Below are positions 20,776 to 28,859 of a DNA stretch of 64,000 bases, piece by piece. The translations under genes and the position numbers were made by a program. How positions within the stretch are numbered: the first letter of the stretch is position 1; each line of letters opens with the position of its first letter. The stretch covers positions 186,001-250,000 of IMG/VR virus record IMGVR_UViG_3300041411_000080; one strand, written 5' to 3'. Under the pieces are notes generated by a model. The model was given only the letters and a program-made list of their open reading frames with translations, ran no database searches and was not told the origin of the DNA.

Positions 20776-22044
20776 TTACAGTTTACGGAGTTTGTGTGCC
20801 TGTAGGAACAGGTCGTTGTTCATGAGTGATTCTAAATCATCTTCAACCTTAGTATTCTGTCGTTGCTTACGCAGATCAGGGCGGAAGAAATTAACAAAAC
20901 TTTCGATTACCGAAGTGTTAGTAGAATACTCTTTGACGATAGCGTCAATAGCATCGATGTCAGCTGTGATTTCATCACGACTAAGTGGACCAGGATTCTT
21001 TAGTTGAGCAATCAGGTCACGGCGTACTCGGATGTTACGCGTCATTGGGTCATCGTAACGTGCAGCTGTTCCATCATGGATCAGAGGATCGTACATGATC
21101 ATCCCGATTACAGCTACCGGTAACAAGACCAAGCTAACTAGGACCTTTGCTGTTTCAGCATACCAACGGCGCCCATGCAGTTGTGGGTCACCGTAGTGGC
21201 GGTCATGCTTATAGTTACTACTCACCAGATACTTGCCATAACCTAGACGAGTAGCGAACATATCGGCAAGCTGCTCTTCACGACGGTTAGCCATGATGGG
21301 GTTATTGGTTAGGTGGTGCCGTGGTGCACCCTTCAGCAAGCTGAGTATAACCCGCTTAGCATTCTCTTCAGTTTTACCGCTCATGAACTCATCACGGATA
21401 TCCTGAGGAACGTTCTCGTCAATCCAACGTTGGTTAAAGATATCCAACTTGAGTTTGTTAGGCTTTTTGCCCAATAGGATTTCGATACCGTCTGTCAGAT
21501 AGTAGTTCAACCAGATGTAATCACCTAGAGTCATGAACGTATTGAAGATGTGACCGAACTCATGGAGTAGTGTTGCAATCAGTTCGTTCTGAGTATAGAA
21601 CTCTGGATTGAAGAAGATCCAATCTGTAAAGAACAGTTTAAACGAAAGTAGTTCAGCTAGAGAGCCTTTGACTGTTACGTTCTTAAGGTCGATCTCTAAC
21701 ACTTGATGTAACGATACACTATCGTCAGATACGATTTTGTATGCTGGATCAGCGTAGTACCTTGAACCTGAGTGACCATTGAACCACATTGCAGATATCA
21801 CACCTGCGGATGGTCCATCGATGGTAAACATGTCGATCGTTATATTGACTCCGACTACACGCTTAACGTCTTTAATAAACTTAGAGCTGATCTTACCCAT
21901 GTCGTCATAGAGAGTAGTGGGTTGGTCATGTGGATAAGTAGGCCATAGTGCACGCACATCCTTCACGTAGGTCTCTACCAACTTCACCAAGGGTGTCTTT
22001 GCTCCAATGGCTAGCATCTCTAATGAGATAATTTCTTTGTACAT
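20776..22044 (-). CDS. Putative zinc metalloprotease (zincin, M48-like) in the virion gene cluster (422 aa)
   Basis: TLLHEFGHIF (HExxH), downstream REEQLADMFA..LGYG third-ligand motif, and a hydrophobic segment VLVSLVLLPVAVIGMIM. Confidence 0.65.
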   Translation of the reverse strand: MYKEIISLEMLAIGAKTPLVKLVETYVKDVRALWPTYPHDQPTTLYDDMGKISSKFIKDVKRVVGVNITIDMFTIDGPSAGVISAMWFNGHSGSRYYADPAYKIVSDDSVSLHQVLEIDLKNVTVKGSLAELLSFKLFFTDWIFFNPEFYTQNELIATLLHEFGHIFNTFMTLGDYIWLNYYLTDGIEILLGKKPNKLKLDIFNQRWIDENVPQDIRDEFMSGKTEENAKRVILSLLKGAPRHHLTNNPIMANRREEQLADMFATRLGYGKYLVSSNYKHDRHYGDPQLHGRRWYAETAKVLVSLVLLPVAVIGMIMYDPLIHDGTAARYDDPMTRNIRVRRDLIAQLKNPGPLSRDEITADIDAIDAIVKEYSTNTSVIESFVNFFRPDLRKQRQNTKVEDDLESLMNNDLFLQAHKLRKL

Positions 22045-22259
22045 GGGAGATCCTCAATTGTAATCATAAAGATTGTGTTAAGAAATACTTGAGAGTGCTC
22101 ATCTAATGTAGACTAGACTAAGAGCAACGGAGGGGGGCTTTTTATTTTAATTAATATAAGCGATTAGCTTATAGCCTTATTGCTCTTATCATTCATCTTC
22201 AGGATGAATAAACTTGACCGTATTAAGTTATACAGCTATACACACATTGGGGCACTGCA

Positions 22260-24365
22260 ATGAGCGAAGATTTCAAACAGGAAGATGTGGTAGGCATTGA
22301 AGCCAAACACATTACCTTTGTAAGTGAACGTGGTGGTCGTAATGACATGCACGTTGTGAAAGAAGTTGTACACCTTAAGGACAAGCGTAGGATTAGTCGA
22401 ATCAAAATGATTCCTAACTACGAAAGACCTTTCTATATCGATCCAGCAGTTTACAAAGAAGAACGACTGAGACCGTACAAAGAGAAGAAGGACTATATGC
22501 CGCTGAATAAGCTGCGTAAGTTCATGACTACTCAGTCTAAGATGCCATTTGCAGTAGCAAAGGCTTTGAAAGATTACAGCATGGGACCTAACCCAAGGAT
22601 GCGACAGTTAAGTCGTAGCCCTTACCTTTATGGCTCTGACGTAAGTTCTGTATGCTGCTTGAAGAACGACTATCGGACCGACTATCCGGGATTGATCTCA
22701 CGTAACACCGTAGCAGGTGGCGACATCGAGACCAACGTATACGAAGATGAGAACGATGGGCAGATCATCTGTATGTCTGTTACTCACAAGTCTAACGTAT
22801 ACCTTGCTTATCTGCGTCATTGGGTACAAGACCTTAAAGATCCCATTAAAGAAACGTTTGAAGAACTCGAACGTATTCCTGAATTGGTTACACTGCGTAA
22901 AGCGCGTAACCTGAACATTCAGATCGAAGTAGTAGAGACTCCAGCTGATATCGTTATTCAGTGCATGAAGCGATTGCATGAATGGAAGCCTGACTTCTTT
23001 GCCTTCTGGAACATCGACTTCGACATGTCCAAAATCTTGGCTACGTTGGAGCGTTATGGGATTGATCCAGCTGACGTGTTCAGTGATCCTAATGTCCCTA
23101 AACAGTTTAAGTACTTCCACTATCGTCAAGACCAAGCGATGAACACCACAGCTTCTGGTGTGACTAAGTCTAAAGGTCCAGAAGATCAGTGGCATTGGAT
23201 TACAGCTCCAGCTAGTTTCCAATGCATCGACTCTATGTCTACGTATCGCGTTACTCGTTTGGCTAAGGGTAAGGAATCCAGTTATGCGTTAGATGCAATC
23301 CTTCGTAAAGAACTAAGCGTGGATGAAGAGTCTGAGATTAAGACAGAAGAAGAACTCAAAGCCTTCATTAAGAACGCTAACAAAGCAATGGAAGACCGTT
23401 CGGGTAGTCACCCTTACTGGAGCGTATCGAACCCAGCTGAAGATGTTATCACAACCGAGACCGTTACTGAGACTATTGAAGTTGAAGACGACGATGAGGA
23501 AGAGACTGAGGAAGGGGAAGATGATGACACCGTACCAGACTTCGATGATGACGATACTGTATCAGCGATCTATGAATTCGAAGAACACACGTACGAAGTA
23601 GAACACCGTGAGCCAGTATGGAAATCGGTTGATGAACTCGTATGGGGTGTTAACGTTTTTGAAGGTTACAAGGTTAGCTTTAAGCTGAACTTTGGTAAGT
23701 TGAAGTTTGCAGAAACCGACCACCTGTTCGGGATCGAATGGCACAAAGTGATGCAGACCCAACATAAGGTCCGCTACGGTCTTTACAACATCATCGACAG
23801 TATTCGACTAGAACAACTCGATGAGAAGATCAATGACTTGGCCAGTTCGATTACATTGTTCTCTAAGTCTTCGGACTTTAAGAACTTTAACTCGAACCCT
23901 AAGCGACTCTGTGACGACATGCACTTCTGGTACCTTAACCGACCAGAGCCATGTGTGATTGGTTCTAGTTCTGACCAGATGGTTCATGACTTAGACAAAT
24001 ACGTTGTGGGTCATGATGGGTGGATCGTTACACTGCCTTCCTATATGGCAGGTCCTAATGGTGTTAAGTGTGTTAAAGACTTACCGGACTATCGTTCGTT
24101 GATCTGGACACACGTAGCTGACTTGGACATCGTATCGACTTACCCTAACGTTAGTCAGATCCTGAACATTGCTCGTGAAACTACGGTTATGGAAACTGCT
24201 GCCATCCAAGGCATTAGCGATCACCATAAACGTGAGCTGGGTGTTAACCTGACGGGTTGCCGTGTGAACGTTCTGGAGATTGGCCAGAAGATTCTTAAGG
24301 CTCCACGCTTGGATGTTATCCTTGCAGCTTATCTTGCCTCTAAAGAAACTGAAGTCCCAAAGTAA
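22260..24365 (+). CDS. Split family-B DNA polymerase, exonuclease plus motif-A subunit (phiKZ gp82-like; 701 aa)
   Basis: ExoI GGDIETN, ExoII FWNIDFD, ExoIII YNIIDS and Pol region II DLDIVSTYP. Motifs B and C are absent, consistent with the split polymerase of these phages. Confidence 0.85.
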   Translation: MSEDFKQEDVVGIEAKHITFVSERGGRNDMHVVKEVVHLKDKRRISRIKMIPNYERPFYIDPAVYKEERLRPYKEKKDYMPLNKLRKFMTTQSKMPFAVAKALKDYSMGPNPRMRQLSRSPYLYGSDVSSVCCLKNDYRTDYPGLISRNTVAGGDIETNVYEDENDGQIICMSVTHKSNVYLAYLRHWVQDLKDPIKETFEELERIPELVTLRKARNLNIQIEVVETPADIVIQCMKRLHEWKPDFFAFWNIDFDMSKILATLERYGIDPADVFSDPNVPKQFKYFHYRQDQAMNTTASGVTKSKGPEDQWHWITAPASFQCIDSMSTYRVTRLAKGKESSYALDAILRKELSVDEESEIKTEEELKAFIKNANKAMEDRSGSHPYWSVSNPAEDVITTETVTETIEVEDDDEEETEEGEDDDTVPDFDDDDTVSAIYEFEEHTYEVEHREPVWKSVDELVWGVNVFEGYKVSFKLNFGKLKFAETDHLFGIEWHKVMQTQHKVRYGLYNIIDSIRLEQLDEKINDLASSITLFSKSSDFKNFNSNPKRLCDDMHFWYLNRPEPCVIGSSSDQMVHDLDKYVVGHDGWIVTLPSYMAGPNGVKCVKDLPDYRSLIWTHVADLDIVSTYPNVSQILNIARETTVMETAAIQGISDHHKRELGVNLTGCRVNVLEIGQKILKAPRLDVILAAYLASKETEVPK
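24356..24362 (+). other. Candidate -1 ribosomal frameshift site C CCA AAG
   Basis: Canonical X XXY YYZ heptamer in phase with the last two polymerase codons, followed immediately by TAA; the -1 frame is open for 125 codons. Confidence 0.55.
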
Positions 24366-24733
24366 CTTACCGGTGGAAGCGTCGCGGAGGATTTGAATGC
24401 TCCTCCGTTGGCGACAAACGTTTCAGTGCACTCTTTGCCTATATGCCGGATGGACGAACTATCGAGTGTCATTATCAGTGTGATGTTAAAGGTTACAATC
24501 CAGGTGGTACAAACTGGAGAGACGGGAAAGGTAAACCTCCTTTGGATACGTCCATAGACCTCTGGGGAGCTTATAAAGATCTTTGGCGAGTGTGGGCCAA
24601 GGCTAACCCGGAACTCATGCGTGAGCTGGCTGTAGGCGCTCAAGCTAATGATCTGTGGTTAAGTGATTGCTTTGCTAATACCGACATCTCCCAAGCCAGA
24701 GCTTTATGCGAACTATTGAATGAGGGTTACTAA
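24356..24733 (+). CDS. NADAR-superfamily-like domain, probably reached by -1 frameshift from the polymerase
   Basis: The -1 frame reads PKVTYRWKRRGGFECSSVGDKRFSALFAYMPDGRTIECHYQCDVKG...ANPELMREL, resembling NADAR FSNF...DG...EHYYQA.K and QNPxL..LL. There is no ATG/GTG/TTG/CTG in frame before 24443 and no RBS at 24443. Confidence 0.6.
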   Translation, partial: PKVTYRWKRRGGFECSSVGDKRFSALFAYMPDGRTIECHYQCDVKGYNPGGTNWRDGKGKPPLDTSIDLWGAYKDLWRVWAKANPELMRELAVGAQANDLWLSDCFANTDISQARALCELLNEGY

Positions 24734-25257
24734 TGAACGAGGAAGCTAAGACGTTCGATGTAAAGAAACTAGACGGTGAAGCAACGACCGCTTACTTGGC
24801 TATGCCAGATGCAATTAAGTTGTTAGTCCGGTGGGTTGAATTACCTGACATGCACATGTTGAATGAGTTGATGGATGTAGCTGAGAAACTCAAAGCTATT
24901 AAGCCATTGCCTGAAGGAACTAACCTGTTCCGTGGATTCTATCCTACGTCTGCTTATCAAGACACTATGGGTTTGATGAAGCGGGATTGGTTGGGGGCTA
25001 ACGTAAAACCTCATCGTGCAGGTGAGACTTATACGTACGCTCTAGAACGTCCTCTAAGCTTCACTACAGATCAATCCATGGCTGAGGCTTACGGTTCAAC
25101 TGTAATACAGCTACACGGCCAACCAGAGGCTTACGTTTGGATTACAGACGAGCTTAACCTGTTGCTTGCCACAGCTAGACGTAAAGAAGCTAAATCGGAG
25201 AAAGAAGTGATTGTACTTCCTCCCTTCGATGCACACTTCACGATCCTTAAGTCATAA
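24733..25257 (+). CDS. Putative R-S-E class ADP-ribosyltransferase (174 aa)
   Basis: LFRG (Arg), LSFTTD..MAEAYG (STS-like) and KSEKEVIV (ExE) in the correct order; TAATG overlap with the NADAR-like ORF. Confidence 0.7.
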   Translation: MNEEAKTFDVKKLDGEATTAYLAMPDAIKLLVRWVELPDMHMLNELMDVAEKLKAIKPLPEGTNLFRGFYPTSAYQDTMGLMKRDWLGANVKPHRAGETYTYALERPLSFTTDQSMAEAYGSTVIQLHGQPEAYVWITDELNLLLATARRKEAKSEKEVIVLPPFDAHFTILKS

Positions 25258-25284
25258 ACGGCTTCCCTTCGGGGAAGCTTTATG
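25253..25284. terminator. Hairpin GCTTCCC-TTCG-GGGAAGC flanked by CATAA and TTATGCCG
   Basis: cUUCGg tetraloop with a 7-bp stem directly after the ART stop codon. Confidence 0.75.
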
Positions 25285-25365
25285 CCGTCAATCTTATAGT
25301 TGTTACAAAACAGGTCAGCTGATATGATTGGATTAATGTTAAGTCTCACTGAGGGAATGTAAAGT

Positions 25366-26061
25366 ATGATCGAACAGTATCTAGCTTGGGCAGGATTTAG
25401 CAACACTGCCAACCCTGATGATCCAATGGTCAAAGGTGGGCAGGTAGCTTATGCAACTCCGGGTACTTATATCTGGACTGTCCCTGAGGGAGTTACATCT
25501 ATTAGCGTAGTGGTTGTTTCAGCAGGCCAACAAGGTCGTGCTCAAGCAGCTGCCGCAGTTAACGCCGGCCGCGGTGGGTCTGTACGATGGAAGAATAACA
25601 TACCGGTAGTACCGGGTGAAACTTATACCCTCGTGGTAGGTAGTGGTGGTATCGCACAGTCTGTTCCGTCAGGCACAGCTAGTGAACACCAGACTGATTA
25701 CGCATCTAGTGCATTTGGTTTATTCGTGGGAGTTACATCCGCAGAGTCTACACCAAAGTCTGCTGAGATCGGCGGTGGCGATGGCGCGAATGGTGGCTCA
25801 GGTACTGGTCAAACATTCTATGGTGGTAACAGTGCAAGCTTCAATGGTGATAACTCAGTCGTTAACGGTCAAGGTATCACATTACTGAACGTAGTCTCTC
25901 CACGTAGCGGTATTAATGGTGGACCATGTGGCGGTGGCGGTGGTGCAATCGCTGTAAGTAGTGGTAACCGTTCTTGTGGTAAAGGTGGTGACGGCGGTAT
26001 CCGCATCATGTGGGGTAACGGTCGTGCTTACCCAGGTACACAGATTGCTGATCGTCCATAA
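25366..26061 (+). CDS. Glycine-rich protein, tail-fibre/decoration-like (231 aa)
   Basis: TPGTYIWTVPEGVTSISVVVV-G..GG and GGGGG...GKGGDGGIRIMW pattern of phage Gly-rich domains. Confidence 0.6.
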   Translation: MIEQYLAWAGFSNTANPDDPMVKGGQVAYATPGTYIWTVPEGVTSISVVVVSAGQQGRAQAAAAVNAGRGGSVRWKNNIPVVPGETYTLVVGSGGIAQSVPSGTASEHQTDYASSAFGLFVGVTSAESTPKSAEIGGGDGANGGSGTGQTFYGGNSASFNGDNSVVNGQGITLLNVVSPRSGINGGPCGGGGGAIAVSSGNRSCGKGGDGGIRIMWGNGRAYPGTQIADRP

Positions 26062-26102
26062 CAGCATAAAGCCCCTGCAATTAAGCAGGGGCAATATGTC
26101 GT
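26061..26102. terminator. Bidirectional hairpin terminator; inverted near-copy of 18728-18769
   Basis: GCCCCTGC-AATTAA-GCAGGGGC between convergent genes. Confidence 0.8.
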
Positions 26103-27454
26103 TAATTCAGTTTACTGAAGAACTCAAGTACACGGGAGTGGTACTGTGTAGGTACACCACGGATCAAGGAACCGGTATCGGTCTGAGCACGCAGTTCAGT
26201 CAACGGGTCAGCGTATACCAAGAACAGAGTCAGCAGAGCAGCATGGGATTCCTGAGTTTTGCTAGGAGTACGCATGTCTTCGATGAAACGGAATGCATAG
26301 GTATCTTCAAACAGTTGACCCGGAGCACGGTTAGCACGGAAGTAGTCAAGCAGCAGATTCATTGCACTACGGCTAGCAGCTGGATCTTCCAGACGGATAG
26401 CATAGTTGATGACTTCCATCAGCAACTTCTGAGCTTCACCACCAGTGGCTGGAGTAACCGCTTTACCCGGCTTCATTACGTTAGCAAATGCTGCCAACGA
26501 TCCTTCGATGTAAGATTGATTCATTTCGGTTAGACCTTCGTATGTAATTTGTTTGGTAACAGATGCTTTCTGAGCTTCAGTTACGACAGGAGTTGTAGCG
26601 GTCGGAGTTTGGGTAGCAATAACTTTGTCTACTTGACCAGTACGATGACGATAGTTAGTCAGGATAGCCTGTACATCTTGCGATGGTACATTCAGTGCCA
26701 GACGATCTTTCAGTTCTAGGGCCAAGCCGGCTGGCAGGGTAACGCCTTCTGGCTGAATTTCTCCCAAAGCCCAACTCTCGAGTTCTTGAGTAGACCATTC
26801 ATGTTCACGACGGAACTTGCGGGTTTCATCTTTGACCCAAGCACCCTTGGACGTTTTGGCAGGTACAATGCCCTGCTCCAGAAACGCCTTGCACTCTTCG
26901 AGGGTCCATGCGTTGGACAGCTTCGATTCACGAATGCGGTGTTCGGTGATAGCTTGCTTAACTGTGGAGTGATAAACGTCTACATCTACTTTACCAGTGA
27001 TGTAAGCTTCCAGTTCATCAGTAGTCCAAGTCGTTACAGGACGATCGTTCAGAGTAGGTTTAGCAGGTTCTTCAACTTCCTCCTCAACTTCGTCATTCAG
27101 ACCTGGATTGGATTCTTCATTTGCACGTTCATCTTCAGCTGCTGTCTGCTCGTCTTCTACAGACTCTTCCAGTGCACTTACTTCATCAGTAGTGATTTCA
27201 CCTTCAGGAGCTGCAAGGAAGGAGGCTTCATCAAGATGAGCATAAGTTGGAGTTTGACCACGAGCATAAGTAGGAGCGGTATCAACGTCACCGAGATCTT
27301 CACCTTGAGGATCAACTACGTGTACGTTAATAGTGTCACCCTCACGAGTTACACTTTCTACTTCCTTAATTTGTTCAACTGGAGTTTCCAGATCAGCAGG
27401 AGTAGTTTTGACTGCGGCCAAAGCAGCGAAGCCAGCGAATTTATTTTTAGCCAT
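26102..27454 (-). CDS. Hypothetical protein with an acidic N-terminus and three Trp-containing repeats (450 aa)
   Basis: Repeats WTTDELEAY, WTLEECKAF and WSTQELESW. Confidence 0.6.
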   Translation of the reverse strand: MAKNKFAGFAALAAVKTTPADLETPVEQIKEVESVTREGDTINVHVVDPQGEDLGDVDTAPTYARGQTPTYAHLDEASFLAAPEGEITTDEVSALEESVEDEQTAAEDERANEESNPGLNDEVEEEVEEPAKPTLNDRPVTTWTTDELEAYITGKVDVDVYHSTVKQAITEHRIRESKLSNAWTLEECKAFLEQGIVPAKTSKGAWVKDETRKFRREHEWSTQELESWALGEIQPEGVTLPAGLALELKDRLALNVPSQDVQAILTNYRHRTGQVDKVIATQTPTATTPVVTEAQKASVTKQITYEGLTEMNQSYIEGSLAAFANVMKPGKAVTPATGGEAQKLLMEVINYAIRLEDPAASRSAMNLLLDYFRANRAPGQLFEDTYAFRFIEDMRTPSKTQESHAALLTLFLVYADPLTELRAQTDTGSLIRGVPTQYHSRVLEFFSKLN

Positions 27455-27482
27455 TGTGTTTAACCTTGGTTGGAATTTGTGA

Positions 27483-27502
27483 GGGGACTGCTAGCAATCC
27501 CC
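27483..27502 (-). terminator. Imperfect GC hairpin after the virion RNAP subunit gene
   Basis: GGGGA-C-TGC-TA-GCA-A-TCCCC. Confidence 0.45.
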
Positions 27503-27515
27503 ATTTCATAAGATG

Positions 27516-28859
27516 TTAGGTAATGCGTGCGTGCATATCCCATTTAACTGTACGGAGTGTCGAACTGTGCATCTTCGACATGAACACCATCAAGAAGCGT
27601 CCACCAACACCAGCTGTAGCGGCAGGGATACCGTTAGGGTTCTCAGCCAATGCAGTACCAGCACACACAGCGCAGATGTTCTTACCTTTACCGATGGTGC
27701 CTTTCTCGATATCACGACCTGCTTTACAAGTCATTGGTCCACGAATAGCGATACGTTGACCACGTAGACCTGGAGCGGCCTCTTTCGTAATCAGTACAGA
27801 CTCACCATCTTGAATATACGAGTAACCCACAAGGTCCTCGTAGTTGAAATCGGAAACCATCGTTGGAACACCCAACCATGTTTTGCAATCGTCTTCAATG
27901 ATTCGAGCAGTACCAACCATTCGGTAAATCGTTTTAGTGGATTCCCCACCCAGTGCTGTTTGTGCACCACGGTTATAAGAACCGAATCGCAGTGAGTTGT
28001 TCATCACAGACATGTGGTCGGTATCAATACCTTCCTCAAGAGACTTCGAGATAAACTCAACAGTCGTACCATCAGAGAAAGGAGATTCACCACCGAACAT
28101 GTAATGCACTTTACGTCGTGCACCTTCAAGCTTCTTCTTAGCTTTATAGAAGACTTGGGACTCATCGCCATCCAAGTGTTCGTCGTCTACCTTAGAGGCA
28201 ATAACCGATAGTTCAGCTACCGCAGCAGGATCACTAAGACGATGTTTGTTCTTCTCAATCCAAGCAGCCCGGATCTCAGGCCATTTAGGGTTAGAGATAA
28301 GAGACTTACGAGTGGTCGAGGTTACCAGTCCGTCAGCATAGCCTGGGATCGCCAGACAGTGGTCACAGAACTTAAGGTACTGCCAAACGTAAAGCTTACC
28401 GCCTGTAGCCATTTCAGTTTCATCGCCATCATCCCGATCATCGATCATGTTGTCCAAGATGAAGTCTTCGAACTTGGAGGGAACAATAGTACCCGCAGCA
28501 AAAGGAATCAGATCACCAAACGGTTCAACCAAACACAGGTGGTTAAAGAACACGTTCCCGTAAGTGGTTCGTAGTGGCTCAGTTCCTTTATAGTTGTCTA
28601 GCTCTCCCGGTTGGAGTATGAACTCATCGCGGAAGTGAATAGGCGCTTGTCCTTCAACGTAGTCATCAATATATTCGACCACATCGTTAGAATCACCATT
28701 ACGGTAGAAATACATCTTACCGTCTTTAAAGTAGGGCTTGTATCTGAAGTCTGGAGTTTCATCATTGTTGTAGATGATACTGACCAAACTATTCATCCAG
28801 ATACGCTTGCGACCCATCCCGGCTTTCAGAGCCTCAAGGAAATAATCACGTAGCTTCAT
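27516..28859 (-). CDS. Virion RNA polymerase beta'-like middle subunit (phiKZ gp80-like; 447 aa)
   Basis: SYNRGAQTALGGE bridge-helix-like motif and Zn ligands CKTW / PMTC / CAVC; position fits. Confidence 0.8.
   Translation of the reverse strand: MKLRDYFLEALKAGMGRKRIWMNSLVSIIYNNDETPDFRYKPYFKDGKMYFYRNGDSNDVVEYIDDYVEGQAPIHFRDEFILQPGELDNYKGTEPLRTTYGNVFFNHLCLVEPFGDLIPFAAGTIVPSKFEDFILDNMIDDRDDGDETEMATGGKLYVWQYLKFCDHCLAIPGYADGLVTSTTRKSLISNPKWPEIRAAWIEKNKHRLSDPAAVAELSVIASKVDDEHLDGDESQVFYKAKKKLEGARRKVHYMFGGESPFSDGTTVEFISKSLEEGIDTDHMSVMNNSLRFGSYNRGAQTALGGESTKTIYRMVGTARIIEDDCKTWLGVPTMVSDFNYEDLVGYSYIQDGESVLITKEAAPGLRGQRIAIRGPMTCKAGRDIEKGTIGKGKNICAVCAGTALAENPNGIPAATAGVGGRFLMVFMSKMHSSTLRTVKWDMHARIT

Noticed and set aside
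23316-23693. Polymerase insertion as an intein
   Set aside because: No C-terminal His-Asn followed by C/S/T, no block A/B motifs, no endonuclease; acidic low complexity instead
24397-24483. ATG after GGAGGA as the start of the NADAR-like gene
   Set aside because: Wrong frame; it gives only a 28-codon ORF, and the SD is paired in a hairpin
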